Source: Bacteroidales bacterium (lineage in GTDB: Bacteria; Bacteroidota; Bacteroidia; Bacteroidales; PUMT01). Taken from it: a stretch of 64,000 nt of DNA. Positions 38,538 to 48,420 of this stretch are shown here, in pieces. Under the pieces are notes generated by a model. The model was not told the DNA's origin and did not search any database. It saw only the letters and a list, made by a program, of their open reading frames with translations. Position 1 is the stretch's first letter, and every line of letters starts with the position of its first letter. The DNA lies in contig JAWODJ010000058.1 of assembly GCA_046483315.1 (NCBI GenBank), positions 32,321-96,320 of the forward strand, written 5' to 3'. The position numbers were made by a program, and so were the translations under genes.

Positions 38538-39704
38538 CTATTTTGAGATGGGCTGCGAATAGGTTATTACATCTTTACCGTTTATCTCCTTATCGCAAAG
38601 TATAATAAGTCTTTCAAGCACATTCCTGAATTCCCTTATGTTACCTGTCCATTCAATTTTCTGAAGCTCTTTGATGGCATCGTCGGTAATAATTTTCTTC
38701 TGCATCCCGTATTCGCTGCATATCTGTTCATTAAAATGCTCTGCCAGTGCAGGGATATCTTCCAGCCTTTCGTTCAGTGAAGGTACATTGATAAGAATGA
38801 CACTGAGCCGGTGGTACAGGTCTTCCCTGAAACGGTTCGCCTTAATCTCTTCCTTCATGTTCTTATTGGTGGCGGCAATTACCCTTACATCAACATTTAT
38901 AAACTTGTCACTGCCCACAGGGGATATCCTGTTCTCCTGGAGCGCCCTTAAAACCTTTGACTGTGCGGACAGGCTCATGTCGCCTATTTCGTCAAGAAAA
39001 ATAGTGCCCCTGTTTGCCTGTTCGAACTTGCCTTTTCTCTCTTTATGAGCTGAGGTGAAAGCACCCTTTTCGTGCCCGAAAAGTTCACTTTCAATAAGCT
39101 CGGAAGGTATGGCGGCGCAATTGACCTCTATGAAAGGTTGTGATGCACGGGAGCTCTTTTCATGCAGCCACCTGGCTACCAGCTCTTTCCCTGTTCCGTT
39201 TTTGCCTGTTATCAGTACTCTTGCATCAGTGGGAGCAACTCTGTCTATCATCTCTTTAACCTTCTGCATTGCAGGTGATTCACCCACCATGTCATAGGTT
39301 TTACTGACCTTTCTTTTGAGAACTTTTGTTTCGGTAATAAGTTCTGATTTATCCAGTGCATTCCTTATGGTGATAAGCAGCCTGTTAAGGTCGAGGGGTT
39401 TCTCTATGAAATCATAGGCGCCTTTCTTTATAGCCTCTACAGCGGTGTCAATGTTCCCGTGGCCTGAGATCATTATAACGGGAATATCTGAAGATTCGGA
39501 CATGATGTTCTCAAGAACCTCTATACCGTCGATCCCGGGCATCTTGATATCGAGCAGGACCACATCATATTTATTTTTCCTGAACATGTCGAGTCCCTCA
39601 TCACCGTCGGATGACAGGTCTATGGAGTGTTTTTCATATTCAAGAACCTCTTTGAGGCTGTTCCTTATGCTTTTTTCATCGTCAATAACAAGAATATTAG
39701 CCAT
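38538..39704 (-). CDS. Sigma-54-dependent response regulator (REC + AAA+) lacking a C-terminal DNA-binding domain
   Basis: REC domain (DVVLLDIKMPGIDG), Walker A GKNGTGKE, a GAFTSA loop, and sensor II NIREFRNVLERL. Only about 20 aa follow sensor II. Confidence 0.85.
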   Translation of the reverse strand: MANILVIDDEKSIRNSLKEVLEYEKHSIDLSSDGDEGLDMFRKNKYDVVLLDIKMPGIDGIEVLENIMSESSDIPVIMISGHGNIDTAVEAIKKGAYDFIEKPLDLNRLLITIRNALDKSELITETKVLKRKVSKTYDMVGESPAMQKVKEMIDRVAPTDARVLITGKNGTGKELVARWLHEKSSRASQPFIEVNCAAIPSELIESELFGHEKGAFTSAHKERKGKFEQANRGTIFLDEIGDMSLSAQSKVLRALQENRISPVGSDKFINVDVRVIAATNKNMKEEIKANRFREDLYHRLSVILINVPSLNERLEDIPALAEHFNEQICSEYGMQKKIITDDAIKELQKIEWTGNIREFRNVLERLIILCDKEINGKDVITYSQPISK

Positions 39705-39746
39705 TTTTCATTTTTTAAAAGATCCGGATAAAGATCAGTTTTCCTG

Positions 39747-40724
39747 TTATGCAGACTGAACATGCATATTGATTATCCCTGCAACGGCACCTTCTTTGAG
39801 GGCGTACTCAGACTGGATCAATTGTCCTATGTTCAGTTCGCGGACGATAAAATTAACAAAAATAGAGGCAATCACAATCATTTCAACCCTCATCGGTTCC
39901 ATTCCTTCCATTGATAGCCTTTCACGGGCATCGGAAACAAGAAGCTTCCGGTGGAGCCTTAGGAAATCAGACGGTCTGATACGGTAGGAGGGAGCTAATG
40001 TTGCTCTATCACCGGGCGCACCTTGTAAGGGAATATCGTTGGCGCGGGGTTTGGTTTTTATTGCTGTCAGTAATGCACGAAAAGTGTCAAAGGAACCTGA
40101 AGAGCCAATCAGTATTTCAGGATGGTGTTCGCCTGCAGCTTCAAAAAAACAGCTCATTGATTTCCGGAAATGGTTTTCCAGCGCAAGTATGTCATCTTTT
40201 CCCACCGGATCGGCCGGTTTGAACTGTTCAAGCAGTCTTGCCACACCCAGGGGGTAACTTTTTTTCCAGAATATCTTTTTGCCGTTGGCAATTATCAGCT
40301 CATTGCTGCCACCGCCGATATCCAGTATCAGGTGTTTCCTGTTACCCATATCTACTGCCTGCTTTACTCCCTGATATACCAGACCGGCTTCCTGGTCGCC
40401 CGATATCACCTGGATGCCTATATTGAACTTCTGGTACACCGTCCTCACAAACTCAAGTCCGTTACCTGCCGTACGTATTGCCGATGTGGCAAATGCATGG
40501 ATCTGTTCAACACGGTAGTCCTTTATATATTTCATATGACTTTCGATTGCGGTTATTCCACGCTCAAAAGCCTTATTACTGATTACTCCTTTTGTTATGC
40601 CGCTGTCACCCAGTTTTACCGGTTCCTTACGGCTGAGTATGATGTTTTTCCTGTCTTCTGTTTCTGTTTCTATAATAAGAAGGTTGAAGGTGTTTGTGCC
40701 AAGATCCAGTATTGCTGTTCGCAT
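39747..40724 (-). CDS. Ppx/GppA-family phosphatase (ASKHA fold, no HD domain)
   Basis: N-terminal AILDLGTNTFNLLI, plus DIGGGSNELI. Confidence 0.7.
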   Translation of the reverse strand: MRTAILDLGTNTFNLLIIETETEDRKNIILSRKEPVKLGDSGITKGVISNKAFERGITAIESHMKYIKDYRVEQIHAFATSAIRTAGNGLEFVRTVYQKFNIGIQVISGDQEAGLVYQGVKQAVDMGNRKHLILDIGGGSNELIIANGKKIFWKKSYPLGVARLLEQFKPADPVGKDDILALENHFRKSMSCFFEAAGEHHPEILIGSSGSFDTFRALLTAIKTKPRANDIPLQGAPGDRATLAPSYRIRPSDFLRLHRKLLVSDARERLSMEGMEPMRVEMIVIASIFVNFIVRELNIGQLIQSEYALKEGAVAGIINMHVQSA

Positions 40725-41037
40725 TTAAAAAATAATTTTAAGATAAGACAAATGTAAATAAAATTTTTTCAGCCAATTAACACACAGACGGATGAAAAAT
40801 TTTTTATGTTAAAGCGAAGCGGTTCCTCCTGTAATTCAATTATCCATCTTTACTATAATGCAAAAGGAACTTTTACTGCATGTGAAATCGACGAAGTCAA
40901 ATTATTTTCAGCCAAAATTCTGGCTTTTTTTTCAGGATAAATGTAATGAGGAGAGATTAAATACTCTTCCGGAGATAGTAACAATTATCCGGCTAATAGG
41001 TTCAAATGAGCCGGGTTACATGAGATGAAGGCTGTTA

Positions 41038-42387
41038 TTAACTTTTATACATTAGCCATTTCCAAAGCTCCCTGTAGTTCACCTTTTTTCCGTACATCAG
41101 TATTCCGGTACGGTAGATCTTACCTGCCAGCCAGGTTGTGAAGATAAAAGTGGCAACCAGCAGCCCTCCCGAAAGGCTCAACTGCCATAAGGGCACACCA
41201 AAGGGTATGCGGGCCATCATAATTACCGGCGATGTGAAAGGTATCATCGAGAACCAGAATGCAACAGGTCCTTCAGGATTCGTAATGGCGCTCATCATAA
41301 CTATAATCGATAGTATAAGGGGAATGGTTATCGGCAACATGAATTGTTGTGTATCAGTTTCACTGTCCGCTGCCGAACCGATTGCAGCGAATAGTGATGC
41401 ATAAAGCAGGTATCCACCAAGGAAATAGAACAGGAATGTGCCCAGCATGACTGAGAAATTAATAGCGGAAACTGAAGAAAATATCTCTTTGAATTTTTCC
41501 ATATTTTCATCTTCCATGGCAGGAGCCTGCTGCATTGTGCCGGTTGAAAACATGTCCTCCGCAACTACTGTTTCCGATGAGGGCGTACCCAGGTCGGAGT
41601 AAAATATCTGCTGGGCCACGGTAATGAGTGTAAGACTTAATATGACCCAAAGAAGAAACTGGGTAAGCCCGACCAAACCTATACCCACAATTTTTCCCAG
41701 CATTAGTTGAAAAGGCCTGACAGAGGAAACGATTATCTCTACAACCCGGCTTGATTTTTCCTCAATCACCCCTCTCATGACCTGGGCCCCGAACAGAAAA
41801 ATGAAAAAGTAAATCAAAAAGCCTCCCAGGTAACCCATTATCATTGCCAGTTCTGAATGGCTCTCTTTTTCACCCCCGTCATCCTGCCATATAATCGTCC
41901 GTATATTGATATCTGTTTTTATAGTTTCCAGAATATTATCGAGATTGTCAATATCGTAGGTGGCAAGCTTTTGCCTCTCTAGCTCTTTTTCCATGGCATT
42001 TGCTATATGCATCCTGATGTTGAGGTTCGGCTGCCGGTCAGACATTAACTGCACTGCTGAAGGTGTGGAGGTTACAATATGTGCTATATAAAGAACTGCA
42101 TAGTAGTTTGTTTCTGAAAAATTCTCCCTTAACTGATCAACGTCAGTATTCTGAAGGTATTCGAATTTCAGGTATTCGGTTTCGGGTATCTTCCCGATAA
42201 ATAACCTGGAGCTGTCAACCACTGCGATAACACGTACTTCCCGGTCTTCCATCGATGCAAACCATGCCGGACCTATTACTATCGCGGCAAACAGTATAGG
42301 GCCCAGTATCGTCATTATGATAAATGACTTTTTTCTTACTCTTGAAAGGTACTCCCTGGCTATGATCAGAGAACTTTTATTCTGCAT
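41038..42387 (-). CDS. ABC-2-type transporter permease (NatB/YhaP-like)
   Basis: One N-terminal TM segment, a large extracytoplasmic loop, then 5 C-terminal TM segments. Located downstream of an ABC ATPase. Confidence 0.65.
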   Translation of the reverse strand: MQNKSSLIIAREYLSRVRKKSFIIMTILGPILFAAIVIGPAWFASMEDREVRVIAVVDSSRLFIGKIPETEYLKFEYLQNTDVDQLRENFSETNYYAVLYIAHIVTSTPSAVQLMSDRQPNLNIRMHIANAMEKELERQKLATYDIDNLDNILETIKTDINIRTIIWQDDGGEKESHSELAMIMGYLGGFLIYFFIFLFGAQVMRGVIEEKSSRVVEIIVSSVRPFQLMLGKIVGIGLVGLTQFLLWVILSLTLITVAQQIFYSDLGTPSSETVVAEDMFSTGTMQQAPAMEDENMEKFKEIFSSVSAINFSVMLGTFLFYFLGGYLLYASLFAAIGSAADSETDTQQFMLPITIPLILSIIVMMSAITNPEGPVAFWFSMIPFTSPVIMMARIPFGVPLWQLSLSGGLLVATFIFTTWLAGKIYRTGILMYGKKVNYRELWKWLMYKS

Positions 42388-42402
42388 TTTATCATGGTTT
42401 AA

Positions 42403-43332
42403 TTAATTAACCTCTGCCTTTTGTTTGTTTACCAGGTCAATGAAAATATCATTCATGCCCGGGATCTCTTCTGTAAATGATGTAATATGAAAATGTGGCA
42501 GAAGTAGCTTAAGAAGTACATTGTCGGTAGTTTGACTGTGTATTTTGATACGGGCGGTATGACCTGTTGTCGTGCTTTCAAGGTTAAGTACTTCATAATC
42601 GTTGTTCAGGATGCCATCCAGTTTTTCGGCGTCGCCCTCAAAGCCTACCCTGAAAATATCGAGTTTGAATTGCTGCCGTATACTGTTTACAGGTCCGCTG
42701 ATGATGGACTTTGCGTTGTTTATTAAAGTAATATGGTCACAAAGTTCCTCTACCGATGACATGTTGTGGGTTGAAAATATTATCGTGGCACCACGGTCAC
42801 GCAGACCGGTAATCTCTTTTTTCAGCAAATTGGTGTTTATAGGGTCAAAGCCGCTGAAAGGTTCATCGAAAATTAGCAGGTCGGGCTCATGCAGGATAGT
42901 TATTATAAACTGAACTTTCTGCTGCATTCCTTTGGACAGCTCCTCCACCTTTTTGCCCCACCACTTCTGGATCTCAAATTTTTCGAACCAGTATTTCAAT
43001 CTTTTAATCGCTGTTTTTTTATCCAGGCCCTTCAGCCGGCTGAAATAGAGAGCCTGCTCGCCAACCTTCATCTTCCTGTAAAGGCCCCTCTCTTCGGGCA
43101 TATAGCCTATACGCGCTATATCGCCGGCACGCAGCCTGCGTCCGTCCAGAACAAGCTCACCGGTGTCGGGGGCCGTTATCTGGTTTATTATTCGGATAAG
43201 TGTTGTTTTACCTGCACCGTTGGGGCCAAGCAATCCGTATATGCTTTTTTGGGGGACAGAGATGCTGACTTTGTCCAGGGCCAGGTGGTTTGAAAAATTC
43301 TTTGTTACATTCTTGGCTTCAAATAACTCCAT
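42403..43332 (-). CDS. ABC transporter ATP-binding protein
   Basis: Walker A GPNGAGKTT, signature LSKGMQQK, Walker B LLIFDEP. Confidence 0.9.
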   Translation of the reverse strand: MELFEAKNVTKNFSNHLALDKVSISVPQKSIYGLLGPNGAGKTTLIRIINQITAPDTGELVLDGRRLRAGDIARIGYMPEERGLYRKMKVGEQALYFSRLKGLDKKTAIKRLKYWFEKFEIQKWWGKKVEELSKGMQQKVQFIITILHEPDLLIFDEPFSGFDPINTNLLKKEITGLRDRGATIIFSTHNMSSVEELCDHITLINNAKSIISGPVNSIRQQFKLDIFRVGFEGDAEKLDGILNNDYEVLNLESTTTGHTARIKIHSQTTDNVLLKLLLPHFHITSFTEEIPGMNDIFIDLVNKQKAEVN

Positions 43333-43395
43333 TATATGGGCTTTTGATAATCAGGGCGGGATTTCCTTTTACCTGGCAAACTTAATTATTTTTTT

Positions 43396-44544
43396 CTATT
43401 CAAAATAGCTTTTCATCCGCTCAAAGAAATTTCTGTCTTCCTTGCTGGGGTTGGGAGTGAAGTTGGATGATTCCCTGAATTTTTCAAGTGCCTGGGTCTC
43501 CTCTTTTGTAAGGTTTTTTGGTATCCACACGCTGATATTTACAAGGATGTCACCCTTTCCGTAGCCGTTGATGTCGGGAAGGCCTTTTCCGCGAAGACGC
43601 AGTATCTTACCTGGCTGTGTTCCGGGCTCTACCTTTATTTTTACTTTTCCGTCGATGGTCGGTATTTCAACCGGCACTCCAAGCGCTGAGTCGGGGAAAC
43701 TCAGATACAGATAGTAAATAAGATCCTTGCCGTCGCGTATCAGTTCCGGATGTTCTTCCTCCTCGATTACCACCAGGAGGTCTCCGTTAACACCGCCTCT
43801 TCTTGCAGCATTACCTTTGCCGGCGACTGACATCTGCATTCCCTCGGCAACACCCGCAGGAATATTTATCTTGACGATCTCCGTCTCTTTTACGATTCCC
43901 TCGCCATAGCAAGCAGGACATTTGCTGGTAATCATTTTCCCTTCGCCTCCGCAGGAGGGGCATGTTGAGGTGGACTGCATCTGGCCCAGGAATGTATTGG
44001 ATATTCTTGTTACCTGTCCGGTACCGTGACAGGTCGAACAGTCGCTGAAAGAAGTTCCGTTTTTTGCACCGGTGCCGTCGCATGCTTTGCAGGAAACATA
44101 TTTATTAACCCTGATCTTCTTTTCCACTCCGTGTGCTATATCATTCAGGGTAAGTTTTACCTTCACCCTCAGGTTGGACCCTTTGTTGACTCTCCGGCTT
44201 CTGCGTCCGCCTGAAAACCCGCCAAAGCCACCGAAACCGCCACCGAAGATATCTCCGAAATGACTGAAGATATCTTCCACAGTCATTCCTCCTTCCCCTC
44301 CGAATCCTCCTGCAGAACCCTGCACACCGGCGTGTCCGTACTGATCGTACCGGGCTCTTTTCTGTTCATTTCCAAGAATTTCGTACGCTTCTGCAGCTTC
44401 TTTGAATTTTTCCTCGGAAGTCGGGTCTCCGGGGTTTTTATCGGGATGATACTTCAGTGCTTTTTTCCTGTATGCCGATTTGATATCAGCCTGTGAGGCA
44501 TCACGTTTTATATCAAGTATTTCGTAATAATCTTTTTTAGCCAT
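43396..44544 (-). CDS. dnaJ: Molecular chaperone DnaJ
   Basis: J domain (DYYEILDI...YHPDKNP), a G/F region, and four CxxCxGxG zinc-finger repeats. Confidence 0.95.
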   Translation of the reverse strand: MAKKDYYEILDIKRDASQADIKSAYRKKALKYHPDKNPGDPTSEEKFKEAAEAYEILGNEQKRARYDQYGHAGVQGSAGGFGGEGGMTVEDIFSHFGDIFGGGFGGFGGFSGGRRSRRVNKGSNLRVKVKLTLNDIAHGVEKKIRVNKYVSCKACDGTGAKNGTSFSDCSTCHGTGQVTRISNTFLGQMQSTSTCPSCGGEGKMITSKCPACYGEGIVKETEIVKINIPAGVAEGMQMSVAGKGNAARRGGVNGDLLVVIEEEEHPELIRDGKDLIYYLYLSFPDSALGVPVEIPTIDGKVKIKVEPGTQPGKILRLRGKGLPDINGYGKGDILVNISVWIPKNLTKEETQALEKFRESSNFTPNPSKEDRNFFERMKSYFE

Positions 44545-44584
44545 TGCTGCCCCTGTCTTTTTATGAACCCATTTTTATTAATGT

Positions 44585-45259
44585 TTATTCACCAACCACC
44601 ACCTTGGCATATCTTATTACCTTGTCGTGAAGGATATAGCCTTTTTCGATAACATCAACTATTCTGCCTTTATCTTTTTTGGCACTTACCGGTATCTTTG
44701 TCACTGCTTCATGAAGGTCAGTGTCAAATTCTTTCCCTATGGCCTGAATTTCTTTAACTCCCTTTTGTCTCAAAAACTCCCTGAACTTAGTGTTTATCAG
44801 GTCAACCCCTTTTTTCATTGCTTCAATGTCTTTGGCACTGTTCATAGATTCAACAGCACGGTCAAAATCGTCAATGACCGGAAGCAGTCCGCCAATAATC
44901 TCTTCACCTGCAAGCTTTGTAAGTTCTGCTTTCTCCCTTAAGGTTCTTTTTCTGTAATTATCAAACTCTGCAGCGAGCCTGAGATATTTAATCTCTGTCT
45001 CCTTAAGCTTCTCTTCAAGTATTATTTCCGCCTCCTCCTCCTGCAGCGTTTCATCTGTCTCTTCCCGGCCGGTTTTATCATACTCTTCCTGCATTTTTTC
45101 ATCGGGATCGTGATGTATGGTGCCGGAATTCTGTTCCAGGCTATTGTTTACCTTTTCTTTATGATCTCCGGCCTTTTTTTCAGCCTTCCCCCCGGCATAC
45201 ATTTTTCCGGTTTTTTTCCCTTGCTTCTCTTGCTTCATGTTCTCTTGCTTTTTTGCCAT
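44585..45259 (-). CDS. grpE: Nucleotide exchange factor GrpE with a long acidic/basic N-terminal extension
   Basis: YLRLAAEFDNYRKRT and a C-terminal beta domain. Immediately upstream of dnaJ. Confidence 0.9.
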   Translation of the reverse strand: MAKKQENMKQEKQGKKTGKMYAGGKAEKKAGDHKEKVNNSLEQNSGTIHHDPDEKMQEEYDKTGREETDETLQEEEAEIILEEKLKETEIKYLRLAAEFDNYRKRTLREKAELTKLAGEEIIGGLLPVIDDFDRAVESMNSAKDIEAMKKGVDLINTKFREFLRQKGVKEIQAIGKEFDTDLHEAVTKIPVSAKKDKGRIVDVIEKGYILHDKVIRYAKVVVGE

Positions 45260-45344
45260 ATTAATGATGTGAACAACAATTTATTACATTTTCAAAAAAT
45301 AAATCCGGACAAATACCGGACCATAATTACCAAACCGACATTTT

Positions 45345-45384
45345 GACATAAAGATGCCATATGACATTGAGATGCCATATGGCA
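45345..45384. promoter_or_regulatory. Tandem 18-bp direct repeat ending in a perfect 12-bp palindrome, upstream of grpE-dnaJ
   Basis: GACATAAAGATGCCATAT (45345-62) and GACATTGAGATGCCATAT (45363-80) share 16 of 18 positions. The palindrome is TGCCATATGGCA (45373-84). The element lies 86-125 bp upstream of the grpE start. Confidence 0.3.
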
Positions 45385-45450
45385 CAGATATGTAATACCG
45401 GAAGTGCACAGTTACCGGGTTTGCCTGAGTATAAAACTGAACAGACTGAC

Positions 45451-46029
45451 TTACTCTTTCAGATACCTGTACAGTGCTTCTGAAATAAGGTCACCCCTCA
45501 GATTTCTGGCAACTATAACACCCTCACCGTCAATAAGAAAGCTTGCAGGTATCCCCTGCACCTGGTACATGGCTGCAGGAACAGAGTTCCACCCTTTCAG
45601 GTCGCTCACATGGTTCTCCCACTCCAGTCTGTCATCAGCTATTCCATTTAACCACGCTTCCCTGGATTTGTCGAGCGAAACGGAATAGTATGTGAATCCG
45701 TTACCGTTAATAAAATCCCTGTTCCGGAACTGATGCCAGGCTGCCACTTTTGCCGGATTGCTTCTGCGGCATGGTCCGCACCATGAGGCCCAGAAATCTA
45801 TCATCACCATGCTGCCCCTAAAAGAAGAGAGTGCAATAAGTTCACCGTCTGGAGATTCAAATTCCAGCTCGGGAGCTGTATCTCCTATATTGATGCCTGT
45901 TTTGTTGGTCGGTTCCACTGATGTTCCCATTACAGGACCTGCGTTAACAGATGCTTTTCTCTGATTAAATATCCAGAAAGCCATTATAAGGATCAATATG
46001 GCACCACCTGTTATTTTTATAATTCTCAT
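45451..46029 (-). CDS. TlpA/ResA-family thiol-disulfide oxidoreductase (membrane-anchored thioredoxin)
   Basis: N-terminal TM segment and the active site WASWCGPCR. Confidence 0.8.
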   Translation of the reverse strand: MRIIKITGGAILILIMAFWIFNQRKASVNAGPVMGTSVEPTNKTGINIGDTAPELEFESPDGELIALSSFRGSMVMIDFWASWCGPCRRSNPAKVAAWHQFRNRDFINGNGFTYYSVSLDKSREAWLNGIADDRLEWENHVSDLKGWNSVPAAMYQVQGIPASFLIDGEGVIVARNLRGDLISEALYRYLKE

Positions 46030-46127
46030 CGTTCTGATTTTTTTAAATATTTACCGGTTCTTCACAGGAAACAACAATTTTCAGGGTCATATGTTCAAAG
46101 GGGGCCTGTGTTTCCGGGCACTGTTTA

Positions 46128-47435
46128 TCAGTCCAGTCGTTTTATTCTGGCACCGACACTGTTTAACCTTTCATCGATCATTTCGTATCCCCTGTCGATC
46201 TGGTCAATATTGTTTATCACACTTGTTCCCTCGGCCGACATGGCGGCAATAAGCAGTGCAACACCTGCCCTGATATCGGGCGACACCATATTGGTTCCCC
46301 TGAGCCGGAACTGCTTATTGAGGCCTATCACTGTTGCCCTGTGGGGGTCGCACAGGATGATCTGTGCACCCATATCCATCAGTTTGTCAACAAAGAAAAG
46401 CCGGCTCTCAAACATCTTCTGATGGATCAGCACACTTCCCTTTGCCTGGGTGGCAACAACCAGAAAGACACTTAGCAGGTCGGGGGTGAGTCCGGGCCAG
46501 ATAGCATCGGCTATTGTCATTATTGACCCGTCTATGTATGTTTCTATTTCATAGTTTGACTGGGCGGGAATATAGATATCGTCATTCCGTCTTTCCAGTT
46601 TTATCCCCAGCCGCCTGAACGCATCGGGAATAATACCCAGGTTATCGTATGATACATTTTTTATGGTAATTTCCGATTCCGTCATTGCCGCCATACCTAT
46701 AAAACTTCCGATCTCTATCATGTCGGGAAGGATGCAATGGTCAGTGCCTCCGAGAGTGTCAACTCCTTCAATGGTGAGCAGGTTGGATCCAACACCGCCT
46801 ATCCTGGCTCCCATCCTGTTGAGCATTTTGCATAACTGTTGCAGGTAGGGTTCACATGCCGCATTGTATATGGTTGTTATTCCTTCTGCAAGTACCGCTG
46901 CCATAATAATATTTGCGGTACCTGTAACAGATGCTTCATCCAGCAGCATATAGGTTCCCCTGAGGTTACTTCCCTCTACCCTGTAAAAATCCTCCTTTAC
47001 ATTATATTCAAATTTTGCCCCGAGTTTTATGAATCCGAAAAAATGGGTATCCAGTCTGCGGCGTCCTATTTTGTCGCCACCCGGTTTGGGCATGTAAGCC
47101 TTACCGAACCTGGCCAGAAGAGGGCCGATAATCATGACCGACCCGCGGAGACCGGCTGCCCTGATCCTGAAATCATCGGTAAGAAGATATTCAGGGTTGA
47201 CATGATCGGCTTTGAACCGGTATTCTCCGGTGCCTGTTTTGTTTATGTTGACACCAAGTTGCTTGAGCAGGTCAATAAGCCTGTTTACATCAAGTATGTC
47301 GGGGATGTTTCTGACAGTTATCTCCTGGCTTGTAAGAAGGGTTGCAGATATGATCTGCAGTGCTTCGTTTTTGGCGCCCTGGGCCGTTAATTCTCCCTTG
47401 AGGGAATTTCCTCCCTGTATTTCGAATGAAGCCAT
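46128..47435 (-). CDS. murA: UDP-N-acetylglucosamine 1-carboxyvinyltransferase
   Basis: Starts at MASFEIQGGNSLKGEL (the track ORF extends to 47504). KNEALQII and PGGDKIGRRRLDTH active-site loop. 435 aa. Confidence 0.92.
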   Translation of the reverse strand: MASFEIQGGNSLKGELTAQGAKNEALQIISATLLTSQEITVRNIPDILDVNRLIDLLKQLGVNINKTGTGEYRFKADHVNPEYLLTDDFRIRAAGLRGSVMIIGPLLARFGKAYMPKPGGDKIGRRRLDTHFFGFIKLGAKFEYNVKEDFYRVEGSNLRGTYMLLDEASVTGTANIIMAAVLAEGITTIYNAACEPYLQQLCKMLNRMGARIGGVGSNLLTIEGVDTLGGTDHCILPDMIEIGSFIGMAAMTESEITIKNVSYDNLGIIPDAFRRLGIKLERRNDDIYIPAQSNYEIETYIDGSIMTIADAIWPGLTPDLLSVFLVVATQAKGSVLIHQKMFESRLFFVDKLMDMGAQIILCDPHRATVIGLNKQFRLRGTNMVSPDIRAGVALLIAAMSAEGTSVINNIDQIDRGYEMIDERLNSVGARIKRLD

Positions 47436-47667
47436 AACAGGTGAAATTATGTTTAATAATATGAAACCCGCATCAACCTTCGGCAGACAAAATAACATGA
47501 ACAAACCATGCGGGTTCCATCGGGTTTGAAAAACTGAAGATTCTTTACCTTCATAATATAAATAACTGATTATTAATTTGATTAACCTGTTTTATGCAGA
47601 TGCATTTGCCGGAGTGCTTTTATTTGCTTAACTAAAAGTTATCTGCGACCTGACCTGCCTGATGATT

Positions 47668-48282
47668 TTAACGTTGAGATGACCTGGGATTGAATTTCCT
47701 GGGTGTTTTCTTTTTTTTGTTTCGTGACAGTATTTCTTTTGATTCGGACAACTTAACTTCATGTCCCCTGTCTATTAAACCACCGGACAGTTCCTTCAGG
47801 TCCTGGTAAATTATATCATCGGTAACCTGGTTTCTGTTCCACGTAAGAAAACATTTCTTCATGTGATTTGCTATCAGGTGTATAAGAGCCTCTTTCTTTT
47901 CTCCCTCTTCCATCTTTGTGGCTTCTTTTATCATCTGTTCAAGGATCCTGCCGTAGTGTTTGTACCGTATTGGATAGGTCTGATAATTCACCGGCCTGGG
48001 TTTTTCGGTAAGCGTCGATATTGATGGGGGATCGTAGGGAGAGTCGATATCAAGCTTAAAGTCCGAGATAATTGCCAGATGATCCCACAGTTTATGTTTA
48101 AAATCATTGATGTCCCGCAAATGGGGGTTCATATTGCCCATGATTGAGATAATCGTTCTTGCGGCCTTGTTGCGTTCCTCCCTGTCTTCAATAGTGGCAA
48201 TATGTTTGACCATCTTATGTATGTTGCGGCCATATTCGGGAATAGCCATCTTCTCTCTGCTTGTGTTATAATCTTGTGTCAT
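47668..48282 (-). CDS. DUF4290-like protein
   Basis: YNTSREKMAIPEYGRNIHKMVKH ... FKHKLWDHLAIISDFKLDIDSPY. The position upstream of murA is conserved in Bacteroidota (from memory). Confidence 0.5.
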   Translation of the reverse strand: MTQDYNTSREKMAIPEYGRNIHKMVKHIATIEDREERNKAARTIISIMGNMNPHLRDINDFKHKLWDHLAIISDFKLDIDSPYDPPSISTLTEKPRPVNYQTYPIRYKHYGRILEQMIKEATKMEEGEKKEALIHLIANHMKKCFLTWNRNQVTDDIIYQDLKELSGGLIDRGHEVKLSESKEILSRNKKKKTPRKFNPRSSQR

Positions 48283-48420
48283 TTGATTGGTATTATCTTT
48301 TATTTCGTCGGTGGTAATTTTATTTTTTGCAAAAGTACTAAATATCTGATTAAAAACCTGTTTTTAAGGAGTAATTTGCATTTCTGGTTGTTGAGAAGGA
48401 TTTTTATGATGTTATAAGTG

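Noticed and set aside
40170-40757. 195-aa plus-strand ORF antisense to the Ppx/GppA gene. Similar antisense ORFs occur at 46839-47390 (murA), 50497-51105 (helicase), 15278-15823 and 15854-16351 (lipoprotein and chorismate mutase).
   Set aside because: Each overlaps a gene with clear family motifs on the other strand. One (15854-16351) runs through a terminator and promoter. None shows a domain signature.
40910-40932. Hairpin AGCCA-AAATTC-TGGCT followed by T8, oriented as a plus-strand terminator, in the 313-bp gap between two minus-strand genes
   Set aside because: The stem is only 5 bp. There is no upstream plus-strand gene or TAnnTTTG element, and the only ORF reaching it is a featureless 45 codons. 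It is probably a chance structure, though an sRNA cannot be excluded.
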